64,000 nt of DNA. Origin: Nitrosopumilus sp. Lineage in GTDB: Archaea > Thermoproteota > Nitrososphaeria > Nitrososphaerales > Nitrosopumilaceae. Shown in pieces: positions 30,338 to 41,405 of this stretch (positions are counted from its first letter, which is position 1; each line of letters opens with the position of its first letter). The notes below the pieces were generated by a model, which saw nothing but the letters and a program-made list of their open reading frames with translations, searched no databases and was not told where the DNA came from. The translations under genes were made by a program, and so were the position numbers. The DNA lies in the NCBI GenBank assembly GCA_965205675.1, contig OZ242186.1, positions 160,001 to 224,000 of the forward strand, in the 5' to 3' direction.

Positions 30338-31864
30338 TTAAAGAACTGAATTTTTTGTTTTGAAAACTCGTTTAAAGTAGTCAGAGGGTTCTTGTGGCTC
30401 TTCAATGTCATTTTTGATACCAGCTAGATGCTTTGCCAAATTCTTTTTGTAACCCACTTGCATTTGCCTCTGAATTTGGATTCTTTGTGCTTGTGGTGAA
30501 CCTGCCCCATGCATTGATTCAGTAAGATAGCCAACGGCATTTCTTCCCAAAGTCATGTTTTCAATTAATCTTAAAATCCTCATTCTATTTTCTACATCTG
30601 TTCCTTTTCTACCAGCAAGATATTTTTTCAGTAATGGTCCTGCTTCTGGATGTCTAAAGTCTTTCTCAGAGGGTAATGTAACTACTAGCCCACCTGCAAT
30701 GTCTTGTGCCAATCTACTAATCTCATATGGGAATCTTGTAACATTATGTTTGCAAACTTGTGCAAGCATATCATCATTTAAAAATACACCGGACTTCATC
30801 TTTTGCCCTTGATATGAAGATGCAATACCTGCTGCAAAAATTGTTTCATTAAGATGAGTCATCTCAATAATTTTATCTTTTATGTGAGATACCTTAGGAA
30901 CCCCGTTGTAATCGGCAATTGTAGCTGCTGCACCAATTAAGACGTCACCAAGACCGGTTTTGCATACATAACTACGTCTATGATAACACGTGAATCGTTC
31001 CACAAGCATTGATGCAAATTCATATTCGCCGTGCATGAAGACCTTGTCCCATGGGATAAACACTTTATCTAAAATTATCAAGGCTTCTTGGCCACCAAAC
31101 TTTGCATTGCCATCATCAATATCACCTTCTTCCATACTTCTTGTGTCACAAGATTGTCTGCCGTAAATGTAAGTAACACCTTTTGCATCTGCAGGTATTG
31201 CCCCAACTATTGCCCAATCTTTATCAGATTCCGTTAGTCTAATAGTTGGCATCAGAATTATCCAATGTGAATTAATACAGCCAGTTTGATGTGCTTTGGC
31301 ACCTGAGACATATACTCCTTTATCATCAGTATCAACAATTCTAGTGAATAAATCAGGATCATCTTGCTCGGCAGGACCTTTGCTTCTATCTCCTTTAGGA
31401 TCAGTCATTGCACCACCAATTACAAGATTTTCTTGTTGTATCATTTTTACAAATTCTAAGAATCGTTTATGATAATCTGTCCCATGTTTCTCATCTATCT
31501 CAAATGTAGTAGAGTGTAAAGAGTTCAGGGCATCCATTCCAACACATCTTTGGAAACATGTTCCAGTGTTTTGTCCAAGTTTTCTCTGCATTTTATTTTG
31601 TAAAACTAAATCTTCTGCACTTTCTGCAATGTGTAAAAACCTATTTACTTTTAATCCAGTAATTGATGAATCAACAGATGCTAATGCTTCTTCACGTACT
31701 GCAAGATCATAAGTTTCTGCAACTGCATTAATTGATGGTCTGATCATAGGATGATCTACTGGTTCTTTAACTAGTTCTCCAAAGAGGTAAATTTTGAGAT
31801 CACGGCCTCTAAGACTTTTAATGTAATCATCTCCAGTTCTAATTGTCTTTAAGACATTAGCCAT
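30338..31864 (-). CDS. hcd: 4-hydroxybutyryl-CoA dehydratase (HP/HB carbon fixation cycle)
   Basis: CFQRCVGMD, AMTDPKGDRS, YHRRSYVCK, ESMHGAGSPQAQR. Confidence 0.95.
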   Translation of the reverse strand: MANVLKTIRTGDDYIKSLRGRDLKIYLFGELVKEPVDHPMIRPSINAVAETYDLAVREEALASVDSSITGLKVNRFLHIAESAEDLVLQNKMQRKLGQNTGTCFQRCVGMDALNSLHSTTFEIDEKHGTDYHKRFLEFVKMIQQENLVIGGAMTDPKGDRSKGPAEQDDPDLFTRIVDTDDKGVYVSGAKAHQTGCINSHWIILMPTIRLTESDKDWAIVGAIPADAKGVTYIYGRQSCDTRSMEEGDIDDGNAKFGGQEALIILDKVFIPWDKVFMHGEYEFASMLVERFTCYHRRSYVCKTGLGDVLIGAAATIADYNGVPKVSHIKDKIIEMTHLNETIFAAGIASSYQGQKMKSGVFLNDDMLAQVCKHNVTRFPYEISRLAQDIAGGLVVTLPSEKDFRHPEAGPLLKKYLAGRKGTDVENRMRILRLIENMTLGRNAVGYLTESMHGAGSPQAQRIQIQRQMQVGYKKNLAKHLAGIKNDIEEPQEPSDYFKRVFKTKNSVL

Positions 31865-31937
31865 GTAACATTATTGGTTTAGATGTTGTATAAATATTCT
31901 AGATTAGTGAAAGCTAAATTTTAGGAATAAATAGCGA

Positions 31938-34034
31938 TCAGAGTCCAATTCTAACATCAAGAATTCTGCAACCCTTACCTTTTTCCATAACTAGTACTGG
32001 GTTCATATCTAATTCCTTGATCTCTTTAAAATCTGAAACTAGTTGAGATAATCTCTGTATACATTCCGAAAGTTTTGCAATATCAGATGGTTTTTCACCT
32101 CTTACCCCTTGAAGTAATTTTTGAGTCTTAATTGATGCAATCATATCATCAGCTTCTTTGTTAGTTACTGGCGCAAGTTTGAATGTTACATCTTTGAGAA
32201 CTTCAACATAGATTCCACCCATACCAAGCATAATGACAGGACCAAATCCTGGCTCTAGTTTTGAGCCTATGATGAGCTCTTTTCCCCCTTTTACCATTTC
32301 GACAATTAATACGCCTTTAATCTCAGCTTTCTTGTTGTATCTTTTGGCATTTTTAATTATGGTTTTAAATGCAGTTTTAATTTCAGCATCGTTTGTCAGG
32401 TTTATTTTAACTCCACCTGCATCAGATTTGTGAATAATTTGAGGAGATGCAATTTTCATTACAACAGGATAGCCAATCTTTTTTGCAATTTTTACAGCTT
32501 CAGATTCTGATGTAGCAAGTGTGCTTTTTGGTAATGGTAATCCATAAGCTTTGAGAACTTCTTGCCCTTCTTCTTCTAAGAGATTAGGTCTACTTTCCAT
32601 CTTGACTTTATCAAATATTTTTTGAGCCTTTGCTTTGTTTACTTTGAATTTTGTAACTGTTCCACTTGATGTTTTAATCCAATTTGAAAAACGAATCATT
32701 GCTGCAAGAGTTCTGATTGCACCTTCAGCATATGTATAATATGGAACATCTCCTTTAGCAAAGATTTCTCTATTTGTTATTCCCTCATCTAATCCCATCA
32801 AACTTGCAAGCATTGTCTTTTTGTATTTCTTTGACATTGAAACAATAACTTCAGCTAGTTTATCATAGTTTAATGTTCCAGATGGCGTGCACATTGAGAT
32901 TACAGAGCCAACCTTTGGATGTTTTAGAACTCTATCTAATACATTCTCAAAGCGATTAAAATCAGCATCACCTACAATATCAACAGGATTTCTAGAGCTT
33001 CCCCAAGGAGGAATTACAGAATCAATTTGTTTTCTAACAGATGTGATATTTGCCATTTTGATATTCAGTTTAGAACATGCGTCAGTTGAAATAATTGCTG
33101 GACCTCCCGCATTTGATACAATTACAAGTTCACCTTTAGACGGAAGTGGTTGTTTTGAAAATGCTGTTGCATAATCAAAGAGTTCTTCCATGGTATTAAC
33201 TCTGATTGCGCCAGACTGTTTGAGTAAAGCATCATAGATTTCATCAGAACCCATCAATGCTCCCGTGTGAGACATTGCAGCTTTTGCACCTTCAGGACTA
33301 CGTCCAGATTTGAGTACCAAAACTGGTTTTTTGAGTTTTTTAGTTATATTTTTACAGATTTTGAGGAATTCTTGACCATCTCCCATATCTTCAAGATACA
33401 TTACGACAACTTTGGTTTGTTTATGATTTGCAAGAATTTTTAGAACGTCGACTTCGCTCATCACAGCTTTATTTCCTAAACTGACAACAGCTGAGAAACC
33501 AATTCCTTGTGCGCTAGCATCTTCAACTAGTGCTGCACATATTGCACCACTTTGTGAAACAAGTGCAATTTTTCCAGACTTTGGTGTAACTTTAAGAAAA
33601 GTAGAATTCATCATTGTTTTTGGATCAAGATTCATGACACCGAGACAATTTGGTCCGATAACTTGCATCTTGTATTTTTTAGCAATATCTTTTACTTGCT
33701 GTTCACGCTTTGCTCCTTCTTCATCTACTTCTTTAAAACCAGCTGTGATAATGATAACGCCTTTGATTTTTTTCTTTCCGCATTCTTCTAAAACAGGAAT
33801 TACAAGTGTATTTTTAATTACGATAACTGCAAGATCAATTGATTTGGGAACATCTAAAACACTTTTGTAAGCTTTTTTAGAAAAAACTTTGTCCCTTGAT
33901 GGACTAATTGGATAAACAATTCCTTTGAACCCATTCATAATATTGGATGTAATAGTGGCTCCAACACTTCCTAGCTTATTAGAAGCACCAATTATTGCAA
34001 TAGATTTTGGAGATAAAATTGCAGAATCTGCCAT
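31938..34034 (-). CDS. ADP-forming acyl-CoA synthetase, probably 4-hydroxybutyrate-CoA ligase
   Basis: GPNCLG, SQSGA, SHTGAL, NPVD, HKSDAGGV; immediately upstream of hcd as in Nitrosopumilus. Confidence 0.9.
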   Translation of the reverse strand: MADSAILSPKSIAIIGASNKLGSVGATITSNIMNGFKGIVYPISPSRDKVFSKKAYKSVLDVPKSIDLAVIVIKNTLVIPVLEECGKKKIKGVIIITAGFKEVDEEGAKREQQVKDIAKKYKMQVIGPNCLGVMNLDPKTMMNSTFLKVTPKSGKIALVSQSGAICAALVEDASAQGIGFSAVVSLGNKAVMSEVDVLKILANHKQTKVVVMYLEDMGDGQEFLKICKNITKKLKKPVLVLKSGRSPEGAKAAMSHTGALMGSDEIYDALLKQSGAIRVNTMEELFDYATAFSKQPLPSKGELVIVSNAGGPAIISTDACSKLNIKMANITSVRKQIDSVIPPWGSSRNPVDIVGDADFNRFENVLDRVLKHPKVGSVISMCTPSGTLNYDKLAEVIVSMSKKYKKTMLASLMGLDEGITNREIFAKGDVPYYTYAEGAIRTLAAMIRFSNWIKTSSGTVTKFKVNKAKAQKIFDKVKMESRPNLLEEEGQEVLKAYGLPLPKSTLATSESEAVKIAKKIGYPVVMKIASPQIIHKSDAGGVKINLTNDAEIKTAFKTIIKNAKRYNKKAEIKGVLIVEMVKGGKELIIGSKLEPGFGPVIMLGMGGIYVEVLKDVTFKLAPVTNKEADDMIASIKTQKLLQGVRGEKPSDIAKLSECIQRLSQLVSDFKEIKELDMNPVLVMEKGKGCRILDVRIGL

Positions 34035-34097
34035 GATAAAATGATTTTAAGATTTTGTATAATAAAGTTATTCTCAGAAATTTTTGATCTCTTGTTT

Positions 34098-34455
34098 TTA
34101 GCTTCCCAGCATTTTTCCAGCCAAATTTTCTTTTCTAGAAACCAAAACAATTGATAAATTAGAATATTTTCCAAGAATCTTCCATGTTTTATAGGTGAAA
34201 TTTCTTAATTCTTCATTATTTATTGCGAATTCATGATTCAATTGATTTACAGTATTTTTAGAATATCACTGTAAATCATAATTTCTTCATTTGAACCAAC
34301 GTATTTGTTTAATGTGGAAATTATAACCAAATATTCAGTCTGATTGTTAGTAAGTTTAGGTTGTTTTTCATAAAATGATCTCCAGTTTCTTTTACAAAAT
34401 AACCCTATCTACTATTTGTTCCACTAGAATCATCAACGTAAATGCTAAGACTCAT
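34098..34455 (-). pseudogene. rnhA: Ribonuclease HI pseudogene
   Basis: Manual translation MSLSIYVDDSSG..*GYF../TNNQTEYLVII..IYSD/SKNTVNQLN..RKENLAGKMLGS; one stop and two frameshifts. Confidence 0.75.
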
Positions 34456-34888
34456 GTTTATACAACCTCGTAATCTTTACACTAAGATTTAACACTATCA
34501 TGTAAATAATTGTAGATATTACTTGTGAGATAATTGATGCCAAGTATGGATCATAGTTTATTGCTAAGAAAGAATATTGTAATATCCATCTACATACAGT
34601 ATAAACAGCTTCAGCGATCCCTAGTGACGTAATTAATTTTTTTAAATCATGTTTTAGTTTTTCAGTATCATTATTACCAGACTTTAATCTGTATTTTTTT
34701 CTATTATCTAAATGAAATAAACTACTAAAAACTGAAAAATAGATTACATAATCCACAATTGTTGTGTATGTTGTATTTAGATAATCATCTTGATCAGATA
34801 AGAGTTGAGCAATTACAGATGAAATAATTATTGATGCTGCAAGTGCAATGAGAATATTTTTATTTAATGTGACATATGCTTGTAACAC
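34445..34888 (-). CDS. Hypothetical membrane protein
   Basis: About 4 hydrophobic segments. Confidence 0.65.
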   Translation of the reverse strand: MLQAYVTLNKNILIALAASIIISSVIAQLLSDQDDYLNTTYTTIVDYVIYFSVFSSLFHLDNRKKYRLKSGNNDTEKLKHDLKKLITSLGIAEAVYTVCRWILQYSFLAINYDPYLASIISQVISTIIYMIVLNLSVKITRLYKHES

Positions 34889-34923
34889 TATTTTAAACCA
34901 TTTTTGTTACAATTAAACTAAGG

Positions 34924-35208
34924 TTATTCAAGGGTAATCTTAAGAAATATTATTAATCCTACAAATTCAGCTATTCCAACTCCAAGCATGTATGGGAAAA
35001 TCTCATGAGAAAATATCATTTCATGTGAGAAATAACCAATTGCACCAATCACATTATGTAAAATCAGCATGCTTGCAACTACAATCATTCCCAAAGGTAG
35101 TTGAGCTTGTGTTTTACGATACATATTTCCAAAAATAACAATCAAGATTCCCAAAATTCCCATATTTGTAACAGATACAATAGATAGAATTAATGAAGTA
35201 GGTTCCAT
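34924..35208 (-). CDS. Small 3-TM membrane protein, paralog of 15435
   Basis: N..IL..Y..GM..VA.ML..HN pattern shared with 15435. Confidence 0.7.
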   Translation of the reverse strand: MEPTSLILSIVSVTNMGILGILIVIFGNMYRKTQAQLPLGMIVVASMLILHNVIGAIGYFSHEMIFSHEIFPYMLGVGIAEFVGLIIFLKITLE

Positions 35209-35233
35209 TTAATCAAAAACATCTTTAGATCTT

Positions 35234-35536
35234 TTATTTACTTTTATCCAATTTCCCTTCAATTTTTTCAAATGTCTCCATATTAGCTTCCAAAAACATT
35301 GAGATAAAATAAATTACATTGTATTTTTCTCCAATTTTGCTTATCATGTTATTTTTTTCCAATACTCGAATATGATGTTGAATAGCCTTGTAATCAAGAC
35401 CCAATTCTTTTGCCAATTGATTTGTGTTAAACGGATTTTCTTTTAATTTTGAAATTATTTTTAGTCGGTTCAATCCACCTCGCGAACCTGTAAATATAAA
35501 CCACAAGAGTCTTTTTGCATCAGGATCATTGGCCAT
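35234..35536 (-). CDS. ArsR-like winged-helix regulator
   Basis: GSRGGLNRLKII..PFNTNQLA..LDYKAIQHHIRVL. Confidence 0.85.
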   Translation of the reverse strand: MANDPDAKRLLWFIFTGSRGGLNRLKIISKLKENPFNTNQLAKELGLDYKAIQHHIRVLEKNNMISKIGEKYNVIYFISMFLEANMETFEKIEGKLDKSK

Positions 35537-35589
35537 AAGTTATGAAATTTCTCTATATTTAGTACTAAAAGGTATTCTAAGATAGTATT

Positions 35590-35988
35590 AGTTCTATCCC
35601 CAAATTAGTTCATTCATCATTTCCAGACTAAAGTCAAGATATGTTTGGAAAAGAGGAAATAATTACAGTCCTGCAAAAACTAGATCTAATCCAAGTATCA
35701 TGAATAAACAAGTCAAAAGAGAGCAGAGCCAAGAATGCATGTGTGGCCTCCTCATCCATGAAGGTATCTGTTCGTTGGATACAGAAACTCTACTCACGAT
35801 ATTACAAGACTGAAACAGTTTCATTCAACCCTGGAAGAAGGATCAAAGAGAATAATCACAGATTAGATGAGACAAGCTGTACACTCGGCATTTGATAAAT
35901 TCAAGTGTTGTGCAGGTGTTCCTAGAAAGAATAATTGGTTCAGTGGAATACACATGCCACACAAGATGATCCCTCACGATTCATCATA
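35590..35988 (+). pseudogene. IS481-like left end and degenerate transposase N-terminus
   Basis: End CTATCCCCAAATTAGTTCA resembles the inverse of 27055-27072; MKVSVRWIQKLYSRY HTH. Confidence 0.55.
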
Positions 35989-36503
35989 AGACCTCTTGCG
36001 TAATTACAAACAAAATCTTACCTTTCACTGAATTTAGTTTCAAATAATTTCTAATCTTATGGAATCACAACAAACTCTTGCTTCCATCTTGTCTTGAAAT
36101 TTACAATTTCACATACGATGTCACTTATTGCATCATACCTGCACAATCTATTCCTAAATGTCTCAGAATTAATCCTAAACTTTTTGATTTGAGAGATGAT
36201 GTGCTCCACTTTAATTTTGATTTTGGATTGCAGTTTATTCCATTCTTTTTGAGTGATGGTTAATTTTTGATCTTTCTTTTTCTTGTATGGTAGAATGCTT
36301 GTCTGTTCTGGGAAATCTTTTTCCACTCCCAAATACCCAAGGTCATAAAATATCATCACATCTTCGTGTAGTGCAGGATGCTCTATTTTCAATATGGCAT
36401 AATCATGTTACCTGTAGAATGTGGAGGTTTGTGGATTATCTCACCTTTCTGGTTTACGGTGTTTAGTTTTTTACCGTATGTTTTTTCTTTTTGCCAGAAT
36501 AGT
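35989..36503 (-). mobile_element. Truncated IS5/ISL2-like (DDE_Tnp_4) element: right end and transposase C-terminus
   Basis: DLGYLG..PYKK..KVEHIISQIKKFRI..FRNR (ORF 36057-36392); TIR AGACCTCTTGCGTAATTA. Confidence 0.8.
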
Positions 36504-36643
36504 AGACGTCTTGCGTAATTATTTCTAGGCGTGAATTTTGCTGCAGGATTTTTCAAATTGGTTGAGAAATTTGAATTTTCAGGTATGAATTCTGTTAAAA
36601 TACAAAATTTGAGAAAAAATCTCTATAATTACGCAAGAGGTCT
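36504..36643. mobile_element. 140-bp MITE with ISL2-like TIRs
   Basis: AGACGTCTTGCGTAATTA ... TAATTACGCAAGAGGTCT, no ORF. Confidence 0.8.
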
Positions 36644-36766
36644 ATAGAAGAGGCACTAACAAATATCAAAGAAGCCGTTAGTCTTTATCTTGAAGAATTA
36701 CCAGATACAAAAAACACAATAGAAAATATGGATATGGTTGGTGCATTAAGTGTCGAAATTCCCTAG
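36644..36766 (+). pseudogene. hicB: HicB antitoxin C-terminal fragment
   Basis: IEEALTNIKEAVSLYLE; 5' part missing at the MITE boundary. Confidence 0.75.
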
Positions 36767-36980
36767 ACTTGCAGGAAATTAAATAGTAAAAATTCTTGTT
36801 GATGACTTTGATTTTCAAATCTCACGTCAGAGAGATAGTCACATTGTTTTGCATAGATTTCTAAAAGGTAGAAAGACAGTTACGGTTGTTCCGTTGCACA
36901 AAGAGGTGAAGGTTGGGACTATTTTTGGTATTTTGTCACTTGCAGAAATCAAAAAAGAAGATTTTTTGAAAAAATTATGA
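36750..36980 (+). pseudogene. hicA: HicA toxin with in-frame stop
   Basis: MSKFPRLAGN*IVKIL..RQRDSHIVL..VVPLHKEVKVGT. Confidence 0.8.
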
Positions 36981-37301
36981 TAGAATAATTCTCAAAGTTT
37001 CTGGTGCAAAATAGTGATCAGATCACCAAAATTCACCAGAGCCCAATTCACACGGATGCATCTTGATGACCATCTTGCTGGAATGCTTTTCTTTGGAATT
37101 TTTCATAAATCTTTGTTTGCAATCTTTTATGAGTATGATGACAATGTATCACAAAAAACGGGCTTTAACTAGAATCATTCCATGACATCCCATGAAACAT
37201 CATGATGCATTTTTAAATTTATTCCAGGATATGCACTCCTATGTGCATAGATTTCATTAATTTCATAGGTTTTAGGAATTTCAAGTCTGATATTCTTTGT
37301 T

Positions 37302-38399
37302 TATGCCCCAGATCATAAGTCTTTTCAATTTACTGTTCTTGCAAAATAATACATATTCAAATTAAATTTGTGGGTTCTAAAATATTCCATAACTGTATGC
37401 CTCATTTCATGAATAGATTCATAAAATTCTGATTCAACATTAACATGTTTGCTTTGTCTCCAAATCTCTTCAATCATACTCAAATGTGGAGAACCTCTTG
37501 GAAGATATGCCAGTTTGACATCTTTGTTTTTGTGCAGATATTTTTTTACATCATTAGCTTTGTGTTGTGGTGCCCTATCGACGATAACAAATATTTTTCC
37601 AAATTTTCTACGAGCTGCTTCCAAATAGTCTATAAATGCAATTGAATTAAATTTTTCATACGATCTAAAAAAACTTTGATTATCATCAGTCATCATTTCC
37701 ATAAACCAAAAATCTTTGATGTGATCCTCTCCAACGTACAATTAATCTTTGGTGTGCATCTGTCCAGTATTTTTTACCAAGACGTACATCGTCTACAAAT
37801 ACAGACTCGTCTTGGATAAATACTGTAAAACCTTTCTTTTTTGCCTTTTCTATGCGTGAAATGATGCGGTTTTTCCACTTGCGGCATGCATCCTTGGATG
37901 CGGCACGTACATGTAGTTTTTGTGGAACCTTTGGTTTTAGATTCCATTTATGCATCAAACGACGCACGTGAGTGATATGATATGTAATGCGTGTTCTGTA
38001 AAATATGAATTGTATCAGTTTTTTTGGAGTCATGTCGTCTGAAATTTTCTTAAATGTACGCTCTATTTTTTGTAATTTTTTGTGTGAGATTAATGGCGGA
38101 CGGCCAGAACGAGGGAGATCCTCCAGGCCTTCTAGTCCGTATTTTTCAAATGAATCAAGCCAATTCCTTACAGAATTATATGTACAAAACATTTGGTTGG
38201 CAGTTTCAGCAATTGTAGATTTATTGATTTTAATCTTACACATTGCATGTAATCTTGTTTTTTTGTGAATATTTTTTTCTTTTTTGTAGGCCTGGAGTAA
38301 CTCGTCATTTGTGATGTCCATGAAATTATTTCTAACTACTGATCAAAAAGTATTACTATTTGTTTTGAAAAATTGCAAAGAATGATGCTCCAAGGTATA
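37302..38399 (-). mobile_element. IS630-family element A copy 1 (frameshifted; ORFs 37686-38321 and 37325-37741)
   Basis: Near-identical to 61528-62621; QDES, DRAPQH, SPHLSMIEEIW; TA-bounded ends. Confidence 0.92.
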
Positions 38400-38437
38400 T
38401 GCTTATATTGAGATTTTTTTTGTCAGAATTTAATAAC

Positions 38438-39457
38438 ATGAAAAATGATAAAAAAGTACAGACCGTATTATTTGCCGGAATAATTGGTATGATGATTCTG
38501 CCATTTAGTACGATGAATGTAGCAGATGCAGTAGAACTACCCGATGATAAATTTTCGGTAAAAGAAAAATTAAAGGAGAAAATGTTTGAATTATATGAAA
38601 AGGACAAAAAAGAGAAAGATACTGGCACAAAACATACGTCTGAAGAATATGGAATACCATACAACCTCGTTTTTGAAAAGAATGGAAAATTGATTGTAGG
38701 CATTGATGCCAAAAAGACATTGGAATTTGACGAAGAGTATTCCAAAAACGATGTAAAGTCTGATCTTGACACATCAATGGATATGGATATTAAATATTAC
38801 GTATTTGAGAGGGAATCTAATGTACGAGCTGGCGATGCTTTGTCACATAATCTACAGTCTTCAACTATTACCGTAGTAAAAAATAACAAAATCATAACCA
38901 CCGGTCATGCTTTTAATCTGAATGACATTGTAAGTGCGGGATTGGTTGGCGGAGTAGGTTGTCAAGAAGTTAGAATTACACATGACAATAACTACAGTGG
39001 GGCATATGCCGATGCATCTTATGGATTTGATACATACAATTCTGATTGCGACAATAACTATGTCAATGACTCACTACACTACAATGGTAATAATTATTCT
39101 GTTACCTATGGAACTGCAAGTGACATCACACTAAACAAATTCATCAGAATTGCAGGTATTATAACTACAAGTAGTGGACATATTCTAGACACTGATGTTA
39201 CTGCCAAAACTCCTGAAGGTCTCTTAAATGATCAGGTCATAGGAACTTATTCAAGTACAAATGGTGATAGTGGAGCCCCAATTTTCTCAATTACCGGATC
39301 CTCCACAGTCAAACTCTTAGGTCAACATGTGGGCAGAGCTTGTGAAGTGGATCTCAACAGTGAAACAAACTACGCTTACTGGTGCAATTCCGACATGGAA
39401 GGAGGATTGAAATTCTTCTCTCCATGGGATCAAGTAAAATCACATTTGGGAATTTAA
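38438..39457 (+). CDS. Secreted chymotrypsin-like (S1) serine protease with shared MKNDKK leader
   Basis: TTGH, ADAS and GDSGAP catalytic triad motifs; signal peptide ..ADA. Confidence 0.8.
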   Translation: MKNDKKVQTVLFAGIIGMMILPFSTMNVADAVELPDDKFSVKEKLKEKMFELYEKDKKEKDTGTKHTSEEYGIPYNLVFEKNGKLIVGIDAKKTLEFDEEYSKNDVKSDLDTSMDMDIKYYVFERESNVRAGDALSHNLQSSTITVVKNNKIITTGHAFNLNDIVSAGLVGGVGCQEVRITHDNNYSGAYADASYGFDTYNSDCDNNYVNDSLHYNGNNYSVTYGTASDITLNKFIRIAGIITTSSGHILDTDVTAKTPEGLLNDQVIGTYSSTNGDSGAPIFSITGSSTVKLLGQHVGRACEVDLNSETNYAYWCNSDMEGGLKFFSPWDQVKSHLGI

Positions 39458-39472
39458 TTTTTTTTATTTACA

Positions 39473-40111
39473 ATGAACAAAAATATTTTAATGATATTTA
39501 CAATTCTAATTTTCACATCTGCACATACTACATTGGCTTTTGGTGAACATATAGAAGGTATCTTGACTGCAGAAGAATTTAGTGAGGCCATAAATAAATT
39601 CGCCAGAGATGGAGATTATGTACAGCAATACGTTGACTTTTTCATCACTGATCATGAGTGGTATCGTGTTTATGGTTTGGCAAATGGTGATCCTGAAAAA
39701 GCAATTGAGATTTTCAATCATTCTGATTACCCATTCAATGTTTTTGATCTTAATGGACAATCAATCACATGGATTGATGATAAACGTCTTATTGACCCAG
39801 AATTTGATGTATTATTTGTACATGAGATTTTAGATTACAAAAGTGATCAACAAGATTTGGGAATCTTGCTATTAATTGATGAGAGATATGCAAATCAGGA
39901 AAACTATGATCGATATGAGGAACTTCTTAGGCCCATTATCAGCATGCACCTCCCTATGACATTTCAAGTGTATCAACCAGTAACTAATGCATCTGATTAT
40001 GAAGATTTTTATTTCACATGCCAAAGAATTTCAAGTGTATCAACCAGTAACTAATGCCAGTTAGTTGGGAAAACATTGATACTCATCTTGAATTAGATGA
40101 TCAACTGAATC
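39473..40111 (+). pseudogene. Secreted partner protein, disrupted by a 29-bp templated insertion and an ISH3 end
   Basis: Signal peptide; ORF stops at 40054; removing 40029-40057 reopens the frame to 40111. Confidence 0.6.
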
Positions 40112-40163
40112 CAGTAGATGGGAAAGTAACTCAATTTAGATCAAAAACTATCAATTATTCAAT
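40112..40163 (+). mobile_element. 52-bp left-end fragment of the ISH3-family element
   Basis: Identical to 55529-55580; cut by IS3. Confidence 0.9.
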
Positions 40164-41405
40164 TGGAGTGGACTCCTGTTTTTAGTACCACTTTTTGCAT
40201 AATCTTACATACAGTCTGATTCATTTATGTTTTCATCTCCCATAACTCCATGAATTCATCAGGAGTAAGGTATCCTAACGCTGAATGAATCCTGGAACCA
40301 TTGTAATCGATTCGTGCTTTCTCTAGAGCAACTTCGGCTTCCTGATAGTTTGCAAACTCGTACCTCCACAAGTATTCCTTCTTGAGTGTCTTGTGGAATG
40401 ATTCGACATGTCCGTTTTGTTCTGGCGTGTGGTGCCAGATGAATTCGTGTCTTATTCCAAGTAGAACAACTGCTTTTCTGAAATCTCGGCTGTTGTATTG
40501 CGAACCGTTGTCAGTTCTGAGAATCAGTTTTGTGCAATCAGGCTTTGCAGTAGCTACTGCATTAATGATGCTGTTAATTGCAGTGCTCTTTGGAGCTGCC
40601 ACATCAAATGAATGCCAAATCCATTTCCTGCTAAATGCATCAATCACGTTAAAGCAGTAGCACCATCTGTCAACTCCACACCAGACATATGTGATGTCTG
40701 TCTGCCACAACTGGTTTGGTGCATCAGGCTTGAATAATGTTCTGGCAGATTTGATGATGTCATTTTTGGTCTTTTTAGGCTCAATCCAGCCCAATTTGTG
40801 AAATATTCTTCTGATTTGTTTTCTGTTTACAGGCTTGTTCAGTTCCCTTGAGACTTGGGATGCCATGCGTCTGGTTCCATAAGTTGGCCTTTGTTTTCCA
40901 ATCTTTTGAACTACATCAGTTACTGCAGGATCTGTCTGAATCCTTCTTGGTGACTTTGAGTAATACCATTTGCATTTTGAGACTCCAATTAATAACAATG
41001 ACTTGTTCAAACTGATGTGTTTGTTCAGTTGATTCACTGCAGTCATCTTTTCTGGTTCTCCAACGTTTTTTTTAAAATGTCATTGGCAATTGTGATCTCG
41101 CCGATTAGTTTTTTGAGGGAATCATTTTCCTTTTGCAGATTCTTGCAGACATCTCCGTTTGGTGTGCCATTTAATGATGCCTTGCCACCTTCTACAAATC
41201 GTTCCCTCCATTGGTAGAATGTCTGTGGATGAATATTGTACTTTCTGCACAACTCTGCAGTTGCAATGTTTGTGTTTAGTGACTCTAAAACCACTCTTGA
41301 CTTTTCTGCTGATGTGAATTTGCTCTTTACCATGAGGGTAAGCCTCCCAAGTTATCTGAAAAGTGTATGTATGCTACCGGTCCTACTCTAGAGGGGACCA
41401 GACCA
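40164..41405 (-). mobile_element. IS3-family element copy 1 (orfA 41043-41333, orfB 40225-41046)
   Basis: TG..CA ends; WQTDITY, TDNGSQY, ESFHKTLKKE; A8 slip site; no TSD. Confidence 0.95.

Noticed and set aside
36990-37300. Possible IS200 tnpA remnant (SSK..K.HP..GEFW..YF on the minus strand)
   Set aside because: Too degraded; no HUH motif recoverable by eye
39961-40057. CRISPR mini-array (30-bp repeat, 37-bp spacer)
   Set aside because: Only two copies, no cas genes or leader, lies within a reading frame, and removing one copy restores the ORF
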